DNA from: an uncultured Terriglobus sp.
GTDB taxonomy: Bacteria > Acidobacteriota > Terriglobia > Terriglobales > Acidobacteriaceae
Assembly: GCA_964251045.1 (NCBI GenBank)
Contig: CAXUHI010000012.1
Location: 39,456-103,455, forward strand
Direction: 5' to 3'
DNA: 64,000 bases
In this document: piece after piece, positions 47,646 to 56,844 of the stretch
Numbering within the stretch: position 1 is the first letter of the stretch
How the letters are laid out: every line of letters starts with the position of its first letter
Position numbers and translations under genes: made by a program
Notes under the pieces: model-generated
Told to the model about the DNA's origin: nothing
Seen by the model: the letters and a program-made list of their open reading frames with translations, nothing else
Database searches by the model: none

Positions 47646-49430
47646 TTGAATCCACGCGTCAGTGTATTGATGAACTGCCGAAACGGCGCGGAATATATCC
47701 AGGAGGCCGTGGACAGTCTGCTGGCGCAGACGTACGCCGACTGGGAGCTTGTCGCTTGGGACGATGGCTCGACGGACGAGACATGCGCCATTCTTCGCAG
47801 TTTCCGAGACAGCAGGTTTCGAGTAGTGAGTTCCGCAAAGAGCGAGTCGCTCGGGCAGAGCCGCAGAATGGCCATCGAGGCGTGCCGGGGAGAGTGGGTC
47901 GCCTTCCTGGACCAGGATGACATCTGGGCACCAACCAAGCTGGCGCGGCAGGTGGAAGTGGCGGATTGGCATCCGGAGTGTGCCATCATCTACGGGCGTA
48001 CGCTGCGGTTTGGCGAAGCCGTGCAACTGAAGGAGTATGACCACCGTCACGAGTGGAGCGCTCTTCCCGAAGGAGAAATCTTCGAGCAGCTATTCAAAGA
48101 CTCCTGTTTCATCTGTATGAGCAGCTCGATGCTGCGCGCCTCCGCGATTGCGCAGGTTCCTCAGATTCCAGACGAAATCCGCCTTACGCCGGACTATTAC
48201 CTCTACCTGACGCTGGCTCGCACATTCACCGCGTACGCCGTGCAGGAGCCGGTCTGCTTCTACCGCTGGCATAGTGGCAATCTGACAAAGCTCAAAGGGC
48301 AGCAAGTCCAGTGGGAGTGCCTCGGGCTGCTTGATCAGTTTGCCCCTCAACTGCCCACCGGGGTAGTGCGGCGCCGGCGCCGAATCCACCACTCGCTGAT
48401 CGCGTTCTCCATGATGTGCTCCGCCAGAACTCTCGGGAGCGGCGCAAGTCATCTGCTGCGGCACGGTTCCCTCACCTACCTCCTGAGCAGGCCGTTCGCA
48501 CGGGCATACCGCGCCGCCAAACGAGAACTCGTGCGGCCCTACTGGAAACTCGCGCCCGGCCGCGCGGACGCAACGCAACTTTCTTCCGGTGTGCCCACGT
48601 GTTACGAGAACGACCGACGGAAACTTTCTGGCACACTGTTCCCACGCAGCCACAACCTGCTGGGAACCAGCGTGTCCGTGAGCACCTTTGACGAGGCACG
48701 TGAGTTTCTGGGGGGCATGGTCGAGGAACGCATTGCGGGATATGTCTGTAATGCCAACGTGTATTCCGTCATGCTGGCCCGCGAGAACAGTCGCTTGCGA
48801 AGGAACCTTGCTGCCGCTTCGTACGTAAATGCAGATGGCATGCCGATTGTCTGGATGCTTCGCGCGTTCGGCTTTTCGTCAGCGGAACGCGTGCACGGAG
48901 ATAACCTGTTTCTGAGTTGTTGTGGGCACTTTCCCCAATGGAGGCATTTCCTTGTGGGTGGCCGTGAAGGCCAGGTAGAACACGTCGCTGGCGAGCTTCG
49001 CAAGCGGTATCCCGGCATGCAGATCGTTGGGGGCCAAGCGACGCCAAAGCGTCCGCTGCCGGAGAACGAGACTGCCCGCATTCTGGACGAGATCAAAGCA
49101 AGTCACGCAAACATCGTCTGGGTTGGTATGGGAACTCCGGCGCAGGACGCGTGGATGTCGTATGCCGCCCCACAAGCAGGGATCCCGATGGTCGGCGTGG
49201 GTAGTTCGTTCGACATGCTGTCGGGCCGCAGCCAGCCCACTCCGGAGTGGATGCAGCGGTCCGGACTGCAATGGCTGTTTCGCCTGGCGCAGGAACCTCG
49301 GCGTCTCTTCAAACGATATACGTACTACAACACTTGTTTTCTGATTGCTGCTGCCGCGGCACTCGCGACCACGTCCCGGACGAAGCCCTTAACCAGAGAA
49401 AACAGCACGGACAGCAGGGTTAGCGGATGA
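47646..49430 (+). CDS. Bifunctional glycosyltransferase: N-terminal GT2 fused to a C-terminal WecG/TagA/CpsF (GT26) domain.
   Basis: N-terminus VSVLMNCRNGAEYIQEAVDSLLAQTY...WDDGSTDET and FLDQDD (GT2). The C-terminal ~250 aa read VCNANVYSVMLA...NADGMPIVW...VWVGMGTPAQDAW...GVGSSFDMLSG...LQWLFRLAQEPRRL (GT26). TTG start. Confidence 0.8.
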   Translation: MNPRVSVLMNCRNGAEYIQEAVDSLLAQTYADWELVAWDDGSTDETCAILRSFRDSRFRVVSSAKSESLGQSRRMAIEACRGEWVAFLDQDDIWAPTKLARQVEVADWHPECAIIYGRTLRFGEAVQLKEYDHRHEWSALPEGEIFEQLFKDSCFICMSSSMLRASAIAQVPQIPDEIRLTPDYYLYLTLARTFTAYAVQEPVCFYRWHSGNLTKLKGQQVQWECLGLLDQFAPQLPTGVVRRRRRIHHSLIAFSMMCSARTLGSGASHLLRHGSLTYLLSRPFARAYRAAKRELVRPYWKLAPGRADATQLSSGVPTCYENDRRKLSGTLFPRSHNLLGTSVSVSTFDEAREFLGGMVEERIAGYVCNANVYSVMLARENSRLRRNLAAASYVNADGMPIVWMLRAFGFSSAERVHGDNLFLSCCGHFPQWRHFLVGGREGQVEHVAGELRKRYPGMQIVGGQATPKRPLPENETARILDEIKASHANIVWVGMGTPAQDAWMSYAAPQAGIPMVGVGSSFDMLSGRSQPTPEWMQRSGLQWLFRLAQEPRRLFKRYTYYNTCFLIAAAAALATTSRTKPLTRENSTDSRVSG

Positions 49431-50494
49431 GCGTGGATCTTTCCGTTGTCATCGTCACCTATAACTCAGAACCTTTCATTGCCGCGTGTCTTGACTCGTT
49501 GATGGCGGCCACGAAGACCTTGACGACGGAGATTTTTGTCTATGACGGCGGGTCCAAGGACGGTGGCCCTGCCATCGTCGCGGAAAGCTACCCTTCCGTT
49601 GTTCTGATTCGTGGCGAGAACATCGGCTTCTCTGCAGGGAACAACATGGCGCTTCCGCTCTGCACGGGCGATAAGATCCTCCTGTTGAATCCCGATACAG
49701 TCCTGTTACCCGGTAGCCTGGCTCGCTTGATGGGATTCCTGGACAGCAACTCGGCATACGGAGCAGTGGGCCCGGCCCTTGTGTTTGCCGATGGTGTTGT
49801 ACAAGATCATTCCGCGCACCGTCTTCCCACGCCTTACTACATGATCTCTTGGCTCTTTCTTCTGGATAAGCTCGAGTGGCGACTCCGCTTTCGTGGGAAA
49901 CGCACACGCGGCGCTATCCCGCCGAGGTCAAGTTGGCTGGACGGTTTCACACTCCTGAGCTGGACGCGGGACCGGGCAACGGAGATCACATATCTGTCGG
50001 GCGCGTGCCTCATGTTCCGCAAAGCTGTGTTGGAACAGGTGGGGCTGCTGGATGGCGCATCTCCGCTCTACCTTGACGATATCGATTACTGCAGGCGTAT
50101 TCAGGATGCTGGGTGGAGGCTCTTCTATGCAGCTGATGCGTATGTCACGCACTACTGGCAGCAGAGCAGCGCGAGTGTGCAGCGCGACGCGGACTTCTAC
50201 GCGCTGCTTTGTCACTCCGTCTGGATCTACCTACGCAAGCATCATGGAAGTCTTGCGGGTTGGGCCTACCGTTTCGCTGCGTTGGCCGCAGGCTTGTTGC
50301 GCAGCAGCATCTGCCTGGTAGCGATACCGCTGGCGCGAGGCAAAGGTCACGAATGGGGCCGCCATTTGCACATGGCCACGGCCCTTCTTCGCTGGTCGGC
50401 CAACGCCCCATCGGTGCCTGCCACGCTGCATTTTGCGCCCGCGCCTGCCACGCCCATGCGGCTAGTCTCGTCCGCTGGAGCTCCCCAGCGATGA
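49427..50494 (+). CDS. Family 2 glycosyltransferase (rhamnosyltransferase-like).
   Basis: LSVVIVTYNSEPFI...ENIGFSAGNN...LLNPD...YLDDIDYCRR. Confidence 0.85.
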   Translation: MSVDLSVVIVTYNSEPFIAACLDSLMAATKTLTTEIFVYDGGSKDGGPAIVAESYPSVVLIRGENIGFSAGNNMALPLCTGDKILLLNPDTVLLPGSLARLMGFLDSNSAYGAVGPALVFADGVVQDHSAHRLPTPYYMISWLFLLDKLEWRLRFRGKRTRGAIPPRSSWLDGFTLLSWTRDRATEITYLSGACLMFRKAVLEQVGLLDGASPLYLDDIDYCRRIQDAGWRLFYAADAYVTHYWQQSSASVQRDADFYALLCHSVWIYLRKHHGSLAGWAYRFAALAAGLLRSSICLVAIPLARGKGHEWGRHLHMATALLRWSANAPSVPATLHFAPAPATPMRLVSSAGAPQR

Positions 50495-51669
50495 AAGTCG
50501 TTCAGGCTTTCAACGTGCATCGCAGCGGCGGCGGCGCAACCATTGCAACCATCGCTCTGATCGATCTGCTCAGAAGCCGGGGCGTTCAGGTGGAAATGTT
50601 CCAGCGGTCCAGCCGCGACCTGCCGCAAAACGTGTTGGGCCATCTGCAGGCCGGCCTGGGTGTGTTCGTGCCGGGCAAAACCGTGCGCCAGTTTGCGGAG
50701 ATTTTAGACAGGGTGGAGCCGGACTTGGTCCACAGCCACGAGGTCTTCCCGTTGATCTCTCCATGGATTCTGCCGGAGTGCAGGAAAAGAGGCATTCCCG
50801 TGGTGATGACCTGTAACGACTATCACCTCACCTGTCCTGCGCGAAATCATTTTCGCGACGATATGATCTGCACACAGTGCGTAGATCGAGGAGTGTTGCC
50901 GTCGGTCGTTCACAACTGCCGCGGCAAGTACGCAGAGAGTGCCGTGATGGCAGCCTATTGCACCATGGTGAACGCGTTCCGTCTTTACCTTGATAATGTC
51001 GACCACTTTATCGTTCCATCACAGTTCACCGGCGAGTGGCTCGGCAAGCATGCGGGCATTTCTTCTAACCGTCTGACCGCGGTCGCGACGCAAGTGGCCA
51101 TCCCGGAGCATGCGTGTAACCCAGCGGAAGGAACGTACGCGGCCTTCGCGGGGCGGTTTGTGCGTGAAAAAGGCATCGGTGTACTGCTCGAGGCCGGGGA
51201 GTTGAGCGGGGTGCCCGTGCGACTCTCGAGAAATCGTGTAAGCTTCGTGGAAATAAACCTTCCTTCGAAGGCGGACGTACTGGTGACTGATACTCCAAAC
51301 GAGCTTCAAACGTTCTATCGGCATGCTCGTATGCTGGTGGTGCCGAGCGTCTGGTTCGAGACCTTTGGCCTCGCGGCGGCCGAAGCAATGGCCCTCGGGA
51401 TTCCTGTGATCGCCTCCCGGATCGGTGCTCTTGCGGAGCTCATCGAAGACGGTGTGGACGGGCTGCTCTTTACCCCGGGCAGCAGCATCGAACTCGCTTC
51501 CAAGATGAAGCTTTTGTGGGATGATCCTGACCTGTGCCGTGAACTCGGCGCGCGTGCCCGGCAGAAGGCGATGCGCCTGTGGTCACCGGAACAGCACTTT
51601 GACCGCACGATGGCCGTATACCGCAGCGTACTTGCCAAAGCTCACGCTGTGCATACAGCCAGTGCATGA
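50491..51669 (+). CDS. Family 4 (GT-B) glycosyltransferase.
   Basis: ATGA overlap at 50491. FETFGLAAAEAMALGIPVIASRIGALAELIEDGVDGLLF. Confidence 0.85.
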   Translation: MKVVQAFNVHRSGGGATIATIALIDLLRSRGVQVEMFQRSSRDLPQNVLGHLQAGLGVFVPGKTVRQFAEILDRVEPDLVHSHEVFPLISPWILPECRKRGIPVVMTCNDYHLTCPARNHFRDDMICTQCVDRGVLPSVVHNCRGKYAESAVMAAYCTMVNAFRLYLDNVDHFIVPSQFTGEWLGKHAGISSNRLTAVATQVAIPEHACNPAEGTYAAFAGRFVREKGIGVLLEAGELSGVPVRLSRNRVSFVEINLPSKADVLVTDTPNELQTFYRHARMLVVPSVWFETFGLAAAEAMALGIPVIASRIGALAELIEDGVDGLLFTPGSSIELASKMKLLWDDPDLCRELGARARQKAMRLWSPEQHFDRTMAVYRSVLAKAHAVHTASA

Positions 51670-52901
51670 GTGAGGTAGCACAGCGGACGCCCTTGGGAGA
51701 CCTGCCTGCACTGGCAGGGGGAACGCCAGCGTTTGAGGCCTCGCATCGCCTCATCTTTCAGGCCCCCATTATTACCGGGGCTGAGATCGACGCCGTTACG
51801 GAATGCCTGAGGAGCCGGTGGATCGGCCTTGGGCCGCGTGTGACTGCGTTTGAAGAGGACTTTCGCACCTACACGGGAGCCCCCTACGCGGCGGCGGTCA
51901 GCAGCTGTTCCGCCGCCCTGCACCTTGCGCTCATCGCGCTGAACATCGGTGCCGGTGACGAGGTGATTGCGCCCACGATGACGTACTGTGCGACCGTGCA
52001 TGCCATTCTGCACGTTGGCGCGACACCGGTGCTTGCAGATTGTGATCTACACTCGTACAACATCACAGCCGTGGAAATCGAACGCCGGATCACCTCGAAG
52101 ACCAAGGCTGTCATCGTTGTCCATATCGCCGGCCGCGCTTGCGATATGGAGAGCATCGTTTCGCTGTGCAGGTCAAAGAAAATCCGGCTGATTGAAGATT
52201 GCGCCCACGCGATCGAAACGACATACCGTGGCGTGCACGCGGGCTTGTTCGGCGACGTTGGCTGCTTCAGCTTTTACCCTACAAAGAACATCACCACGGG
52301 CGATGGCGGCATGGTGATTACCCGAGACACGAAGCTGCATCGCCGGATCAAACTGCTTTCACAAAACGGCATGAGTGCTGACGCGTGGGCACGTGAAACC
52401 AAGCTTCATCGCACACGCATTCTCGCCCCCGGATTCAAATACAACATGACCGACATCGAAGCTGCGATGGGCCGAGTCCAGCTGGCCGCGGTGGAGAGCC
52501 GATGGGAGTGCCGCAAGCGACTCTCTGAGAGCTACACAGAGGTGCTTCGTCACCCTGCGATTATCCTTGCTGGCAGCGCTCCGGACGATTCGAGGAACGC
52601 GTACCACCTCTTCTCCGTTCGACTGCGTCTCGACGGCGCCGGTGTGACACGTGACGATGTTGTAGCAGGCATGAAGGCGGAGAACATCGGCACCGGTATC
52701 CACTACGTCCCGGTGCATCAGCAGCCGTACTACCGGCATCGTTACCGGTTCAAGGACGCCGACTTTCCGAACGCTTCACAAATCGGAGCGACCACCCTGT
52801 CTCTGCCTCTCTCTGCCGATCTTTCCAACGAGGAAGCCTCAACAGTTAGCCATGCGCTGCTTCGACTTTTGAATTACTTTTATGCAAAGGGACAATCATG
52901 A
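51666..52901 (+). CDS. DegT/DnrJ/EryC1/StrS-family PLP-dependent sugar aminotransferase.
   Basis: GDEVIAPTMTY..., the FYPTKNITTGDGGMVIT block retaining the Schiff-base Lys, and HYVPVHQQPYY. Confidence 0.9.
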   Translation: MSEVAQRTPLGDLPALAGGTPAFEASHRLIFQAPIITGAEIDAVTECLRSRWIGLGPRVTAFEEDFRTYTGAPYAAAVSSCSAALHLALIALNIGAGDEVIAPTMTYCATVHAILHVGATPVLADCDLHSYNITAVEIERRITSKTKAVIVVHIAGRACDMESIVSLCRSKKIRLIEDCAHAIETTYRGVHAGLFGDVGCFSFYPTKNITTGDGGMVITRDTKLHRRIKLLSQNGMSADAWARETKLHRTRILAPGFKYNMTDIEAAMGRVQLAAVESRWECRKRLSESYTEVLRHPAIILAGSAPDDSRNAYHLFSVRLRLDGAGVTRDDVVAGMKAENIGTGIHYVPVHQQPYYRHRYRFKDADFPNASQIGATTLSLPLSADLSNEEASTVSHALLRLLNYFYAKGQS

Positions 52902-53671
52902 TTCTGTTGCCATCGCGATCGGTACTGCTGCGTGTCGCAGGCACTTTTCTGTGCGCCTCTACATTGCTTCTTCAAGGGTGCGGGCATCGCAAGCCGATTG
53001 TTACTTCCGTACCGGTGGCTCCTGAAGTCATTACGTCTTCGCTGCGGTTCCAGAAGGTCTATGTCTTTGTGCCCGGAGATGCGATGGAGATTTCTGTGAT
53101 GAAGAGTCCAGAAGTTTCAAGGACCGTCATCGTGCGACCGGACGGATTCATCTCTCTGCCGGTAGTCAATGAGGTGAAGGCAGCCGGGAAGACACCGCCT
53201 GAGCTGCGGGAAGAGCTCACGATACTCTTAGCCAAACGGTATCTCAATCCTGAGGTTGCGGTGATTCCCACCGTGTTCCGGCAGCCGATGGTGTATGTCA
53301 CCGGTGATGTCGGCCAGGCGTCTGTGGCAGTTCCCTTGCGGGACGCACCGACAGCTCTGCAGGCGTTGACCCTGGCCGGTGGGTTCCGCCGGTCTTCCGC
53401 AACGAAAGCGGTCGCGCTGATGCGCCTGAGCGAAGATGGCCATCTGAAGATTTCCGTCATTCCGGCGGCCGACAAGTCACAGCCCGGCGCGTACGCTGGC
53501 CTGCGCGCGCTTCCCATGCAGGCGGATGATGTCCTGTTCGTCCCGGAAAATTCACGCAGCCAGATAAATCGTTTTGTAAACGACTTTATCAACTCACCTC
53601 TGCAATCCGCAGAGCTGGCGCTGGGCACTTATACAAACTTCCGGTTGATCAGCTACTTCAACAAGAATTAA
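52898..53671 (+). CDS. Polysaccharide export outer-membrane lipoprotein (Wza/GumB-like OPX, short form).
   Basis: Lipobox LLLQGCG. Poly_export block PGDAMEISV...VIVRPDGFISLPVVNEVKAAGKTPPEL, followed by an SLBB-like segment. Confidence 0.85.
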   Translation: MILLPSRSVLLRVAGTFLCASTLLLQGCGHRKPIVTSVPVAPEVITSSLRFQKVYVFVPGDAMEISVMKSPEVSRTVIVRPDGFISLPVVNEVKAAGKTPPELREELTILLAKRYLNPEVAVIPTVFRQPMVYVTGDVGQASVAVPLRDAPTALQALTLAGGFRRSSATKAVALMRLSEDGHLKISVIPAADKSQPGAYAGLRALPMQADDVLFVPENSRSQINRFVNDFINSPLQSAELALGTYTNFRLISYFNKN

Positions 53672-54734
53672 TTTGGTTGCGTTGTCGGGGGGTCGGCCAT
53701 TGCATTGCCGCCCTATTTCCATCTCTCTGCGACTTCGCCTTCGAGGAGGCTTCGAAGTCACTGCGGTACCAGGCGATGGTACGCTCCAGCCCCTCCTCGA
53801 GTCTGTAGCGGGGTGCCCACGAGAGCCATGTTCGCGCTTTGGTCGCGTCGAGATACTGTTCCCGTATCTCGGTCGACACGTTGTTCTGCACAATGGGTTG
53901 CAGGTTACTACAGCCCATGAGCTTGACGATCAGACCCGCTAGTTCCAGGGTCGTCAGCGGCAGGCCCAGGCTGAAGTTGAATGCTTCACCATAAACCGCG
54001 GGATTGCTCTCCATGGCTTCCGCAAGGATGAGGTAGGCGAGTGCCGCGTCTTCCACATAGAGAAAGTCACGGACAAACTTCCCGTCACTGCGGATCACGA
54101 ACGGCTCGCCGTGCAGGGCAGCCTGAATGACGCCCGGTACGATGCGGCTGTAGTTCAGATCTCCTCCGCCAAATAGATTCCCACAGCGAACGATTGAGAC
54201 GGGAAGCCCGAAGGTGGCGGCATACATTTTGGAAATCAAATCGGTGCAGCTCTTCGACACGTCGTACGGATACTGCCCGCGCAGGGGATGATCTTCCCGG
54301 TATGGCAAGGTGTCGGTGGCGCCGTAAGCTTTATCTGAAGAGGCGATGAGCACCTGCTGCACATTGACTTGCCGCGCCGCTTCCAGCAGCAACCAGGTGC
54401 CTCGAACATTCGACTCCAGCGTGCCGACAGGATCCTGCTTTGCAATGCCAACGAGTGTCTGCGCGCCGAGATGGATCACGGTCTGCGCCTCATGCTCTGC
54501 AAGCGCTCTCTGCAGGAGGTGCGGGTCCGTGAGAGAGCCATAAACACAGGTGATCTGGTCGCTCATATGCGTGGACCAGAGGCGGCTCTTTGAGACGTGG
54601 TCGCGGATCAATGCGGTAACTCTTGCCCCGCGCTGAAGCAGGCAGGCTACAAGCGTGCTGCCCAGCAGGCCGGTTGCGCCGGTTACAAAAACTCGGCGAT
54701 CCTGCCAGAAAAGATTACTGTTGATCGTGCTCAT
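53658..54734 (-). CDS. Extended-SDR NAD-dependent sugar epimerase/dehydratase, related to CDP-hexose 4,6-dehydratase-like enzymes.
   Basis: ATG 54734. FWQDRRVFVTGATGLLGS, SSDKAYG and YDVSK (YxxxK). Its 3' end overlaps the wza-like gene by 14 nt. Confidence 0.85.
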   Translation of the reverse strand: MSTINSNLFWQDRRVFVTGATGLLGSTLVACLLQRGARVTALIRDHVSKSRLWSTHMSDQITCVYGSLTDPHLLQRALAEHEAQTVIHLGAQTLVGIAKQDPVGTLESNVRGTWLLLEAARQVNVQQVLIASSDKAYGATDTLPYREDHPLRGQYPYDVSKSCTDLISKMYAATFGLPVSIVRCGNLFGGGDLNYSRIVPGVIQAALHGEPFVIRSDGKFVRDFLYVEDAALAYLILAEAMESNPAVYGEAFNFSLGLPLTTLELAGLIVKLMGCSNLQPIVQNNVSTEIREQYLDATKARTWLSWAPRYRLEEGLERTIAWYRSDFEASSKAKSQRDGNRAAMQWPTPRQRNQINSC

Positions 54735-54994
54735 GATCTTGCACTCCACCGGCCTGCATTACTACGTCAGGATTGTGATTGGCATATCTTCTCAGGCTAT
54801 GCCTGCTCCTGCCAGCAATTTGCGACGGTGTCCTAAGAAAGTTCGCAAATTTCCCAACCACCGCTTCCTGCGCGCGGGGAAGGCGCAGGATACTTATCCT
54901 GTAAGCGTTCCGCGCGGCAGGCACCATAGCGGGTGCTGATGCCGCACCCATCTGGAGGTATCCATGCCGTGGCACGATAGAAAGGGCGGCGCAC

Positions 54995-56422
54995 GTGACT
55001 GGTAAACGGCTGATCACAATGAATCTGCTGCGTGCCATGGATCTCGCCATGCTCCCGCTGGCGTACTGGTGTGCGTTGGGCATCAGTTCCCCGCTGAGGC
55101 TGCGGACGTTCTTGAGTGAGAGCGTCATCGACCGTTTCTCGCTCGTGAACATGGTTTTCTGCCTGCTAGTCGCCTTGGTTTGGCACCAGGCATTCACTTA
55201 TGCGGATGCCTACCAGTCCTTCCGGCTGTCCTCGTTTCGTACGCAGGCGCGGGCCTTGCTGAAAGCGACGCTCCTGGGGTCGATCGGTATTGAGGCTATC
55301 AATCTGGTCGCGCAGAGTCACCTGGGCAAAGTCTTTCCCGTGTTGCTCTGGATCTTCAGCGCTCTCAGCGAGGTGGTCGTTCGCAGTCTGCTTCGCGTCG
55401 CGCTGCGTCACGCGCGCCAAAAAGGTCGGAACCTGCGCTGGATGGTAATTGTGGGAACTAACCCGCGTGCCCTCGACTTTGGAAACGAAATCATAGGCCA
55501 GCGGCAGCTTGGCTATGTTGTTGCCGGCTTCATCGCGCAAGACGGTCAGGCTTCCGCTGCTCCGGGCGACATCGAGGTCCTTGGAGAAGTTTCCGAACTG
55601 CCGGTCCTTCTTCGCAAAATAGTGGTCGATGAAGTGGCGCTCTCGCTGCCCCTGCACTCGCACATGGAACAGATCACTGCTGTATGCCAGGTGTGCCGCG
55701 ATCATGGGATTATTACCAGGCTTGTTGCAGACTCAGTGGGTCCGAGCCTGTCGATTTCGCGGATGGATGCGCTGGGCCGCTTCGGCCTGTTGACGGTGAT
55801 ACCGGAGTCTTCGGTAAGCGCCGCCCGGATGGCGAAAGCGACCTTTGATGTTGCCGTTGCATCTCTCCTGCTGATCCTGACGGCACCCTTGCTTGCGGTC
55901 ATCAGCGTGGCGATCGCCCTGACATCTCCCGGTCCGATCCTCTTTCACCAGGTGCGGCTCGGAGAAAACAAACGCAAGTTCCGGATGCATAAGTTCCGAA
56001 CCATGGTGGTGAACGCCGAAAGCCAGGTGGAACATCTGAACGCCGAACAGGTGAACAACGCACCGACCTTCAAGATGCGGCAAGACCCAAGAATCACGCC
56101 GATCGGACGAATCTTGCGTAAATACAGTCTGGATGAACTACCGCAGCTGTTCAATGTCGTGAAGCTGGAGATGAGCCTGGTTGGACCGCGTCCTTTGCCG
56201 CTTCGCGACTATGAGGGTTTCGAGCGGGACCATCACTTTCGCAGGTTCAGCGTGAAGCCCGGCCTGAGCTGCTTGTGGCAGATCAGCGGCAGAAGCGACA
56301 TCGATTTTGAAGAGTGGATGAAGCTTGATATGGAGTACATCGACCGCTGGTCTTTCTGGCTGGATCTGAAGATCCTCGCCAAGACCTTGCCTGCCGTCAT
56401 TCGCGGCAGCGGAGCTTACTAG
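54995..56422 (+). CDS. Polyprenyl-phosphate hexose-1-phosphate transferase (WbaP/EpsL-type priming phosphoglycosyl transferase).
   Basis: N-terminal TM bundle, central Rossmann-like region, and a C-terminal catalytic domain. That domain reads SPGPILFHQVRLGENKRKFRMHKFRTM...DPRITPIGRILRKYSLDELPQLFNV...SLVGPRP. GTG start. Confidence 0.9.
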   Translation: MTGKRLITMNLLRAMDLAMLPLAYWCALGISSPLRLRTFLSESVIDRFSLVNMVFCLLVALVWHQAFTYADAYQSFRLSSFRTQARALLKATLLGSIGIEAINLVAQSHLGKVFPVLLWIFSALSEVVVRSLLRVALRHARQKGRNLRWMVIVGTNPRALDFGNEIIGQRQLGYVVAGFIAQDGQASAAPGDIEVLGEVSELPVLLRKIVVDEVALSLPLHSHMEQITAVCQVCRDHGIITRLVADSVGPSLSISRMDALGRFGLLTVIPESSVSAARMAKATFDVAVASLLLILTAPLLAVISVAIALTSPGPILFHQVRLGENKRKFRMHKFRTMVVNAESQVEHLNAEQVNNAPTFKMRQDPRITPIGRILRKYSLDELPQLFNVVKLEMSLVGPRPLPLRDYEGFERDHHFRRFSVKPGLSCLWQISGRSDIDFEEWMKLDMEYIDRWSFWLDLKILAKTLPAVIRGSGAY

Positions 56423-56496
56423 ACTGGGTTCATTCCGAGCTCACGGCCACGCGACGCTGCGCCGACACCCACAGTCGTAGCACTGCAATGTGATGC

Positions 56497-56733
56497 TCAG
56501 GCGAAGGTCTCGTCTTGCCGGGCAGCAGCGCCGGGCAGTCCACGCGAGCTATCGCTGAGTACGGTGTACGCTACAACGGCGCATGCCGCTGGCCAGAAGA
56601 TCGAAGTGGCGGTGATGCGCGCTAGGTCAAGAGCCTTCATCTCACCAAGGCAGGCGTTTTCACTCCGCTCGATTGCACTGTTGGTGAAAAAGAGACCTGC
56701 TACGACCGAGTAGAGAACTGCAGGGATAATCAT
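56497..56733 (-). CDS. Small two-TM membrane protein (hypothetical).
   Basis: 78 aa from ATG 56733 (MIIPAVLYSVVAGLFF...IFWPAACAVVAYTVL). Same strand as, and 112 nt downstream of, the radical SAM gene. No family assigned. Confidence 0.4.
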   Translation of the reverse strand: MIIPAVLYSVVAGLFFTNSAIERSENACLGEMKALDLARITATSIFWPAACAVVAYTVLSDSSRGLPGAAARQDETFA

Positions 56734-56844
56734 GTTCTTGTTCCCTTCAGATGACCTCATCGGCAGGGAACGATTCGTCTTGAGTGTTCGCGGAACTTTT
56801 TGCGCTTTAAAGTCGGACAGTGGCAGGTTCCGCTCAGCCAGTCA

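Noticed and set aside
47604-48050. N-terminal 149-codon extension of the hydrolase ORF.
   Set aside because: It overlaps the divergent GT2-GT26 gene. The internal ATG 47603 gives a proper TM anchor.
53658-53671. 3'-3' overlaps of convergent genes: 14 nt here, and 11 nt at 44390-44400.
   Set aside because: They are real in the sequence, but such overlaps are common in compact high-GC genomes. No specific function is inferred.
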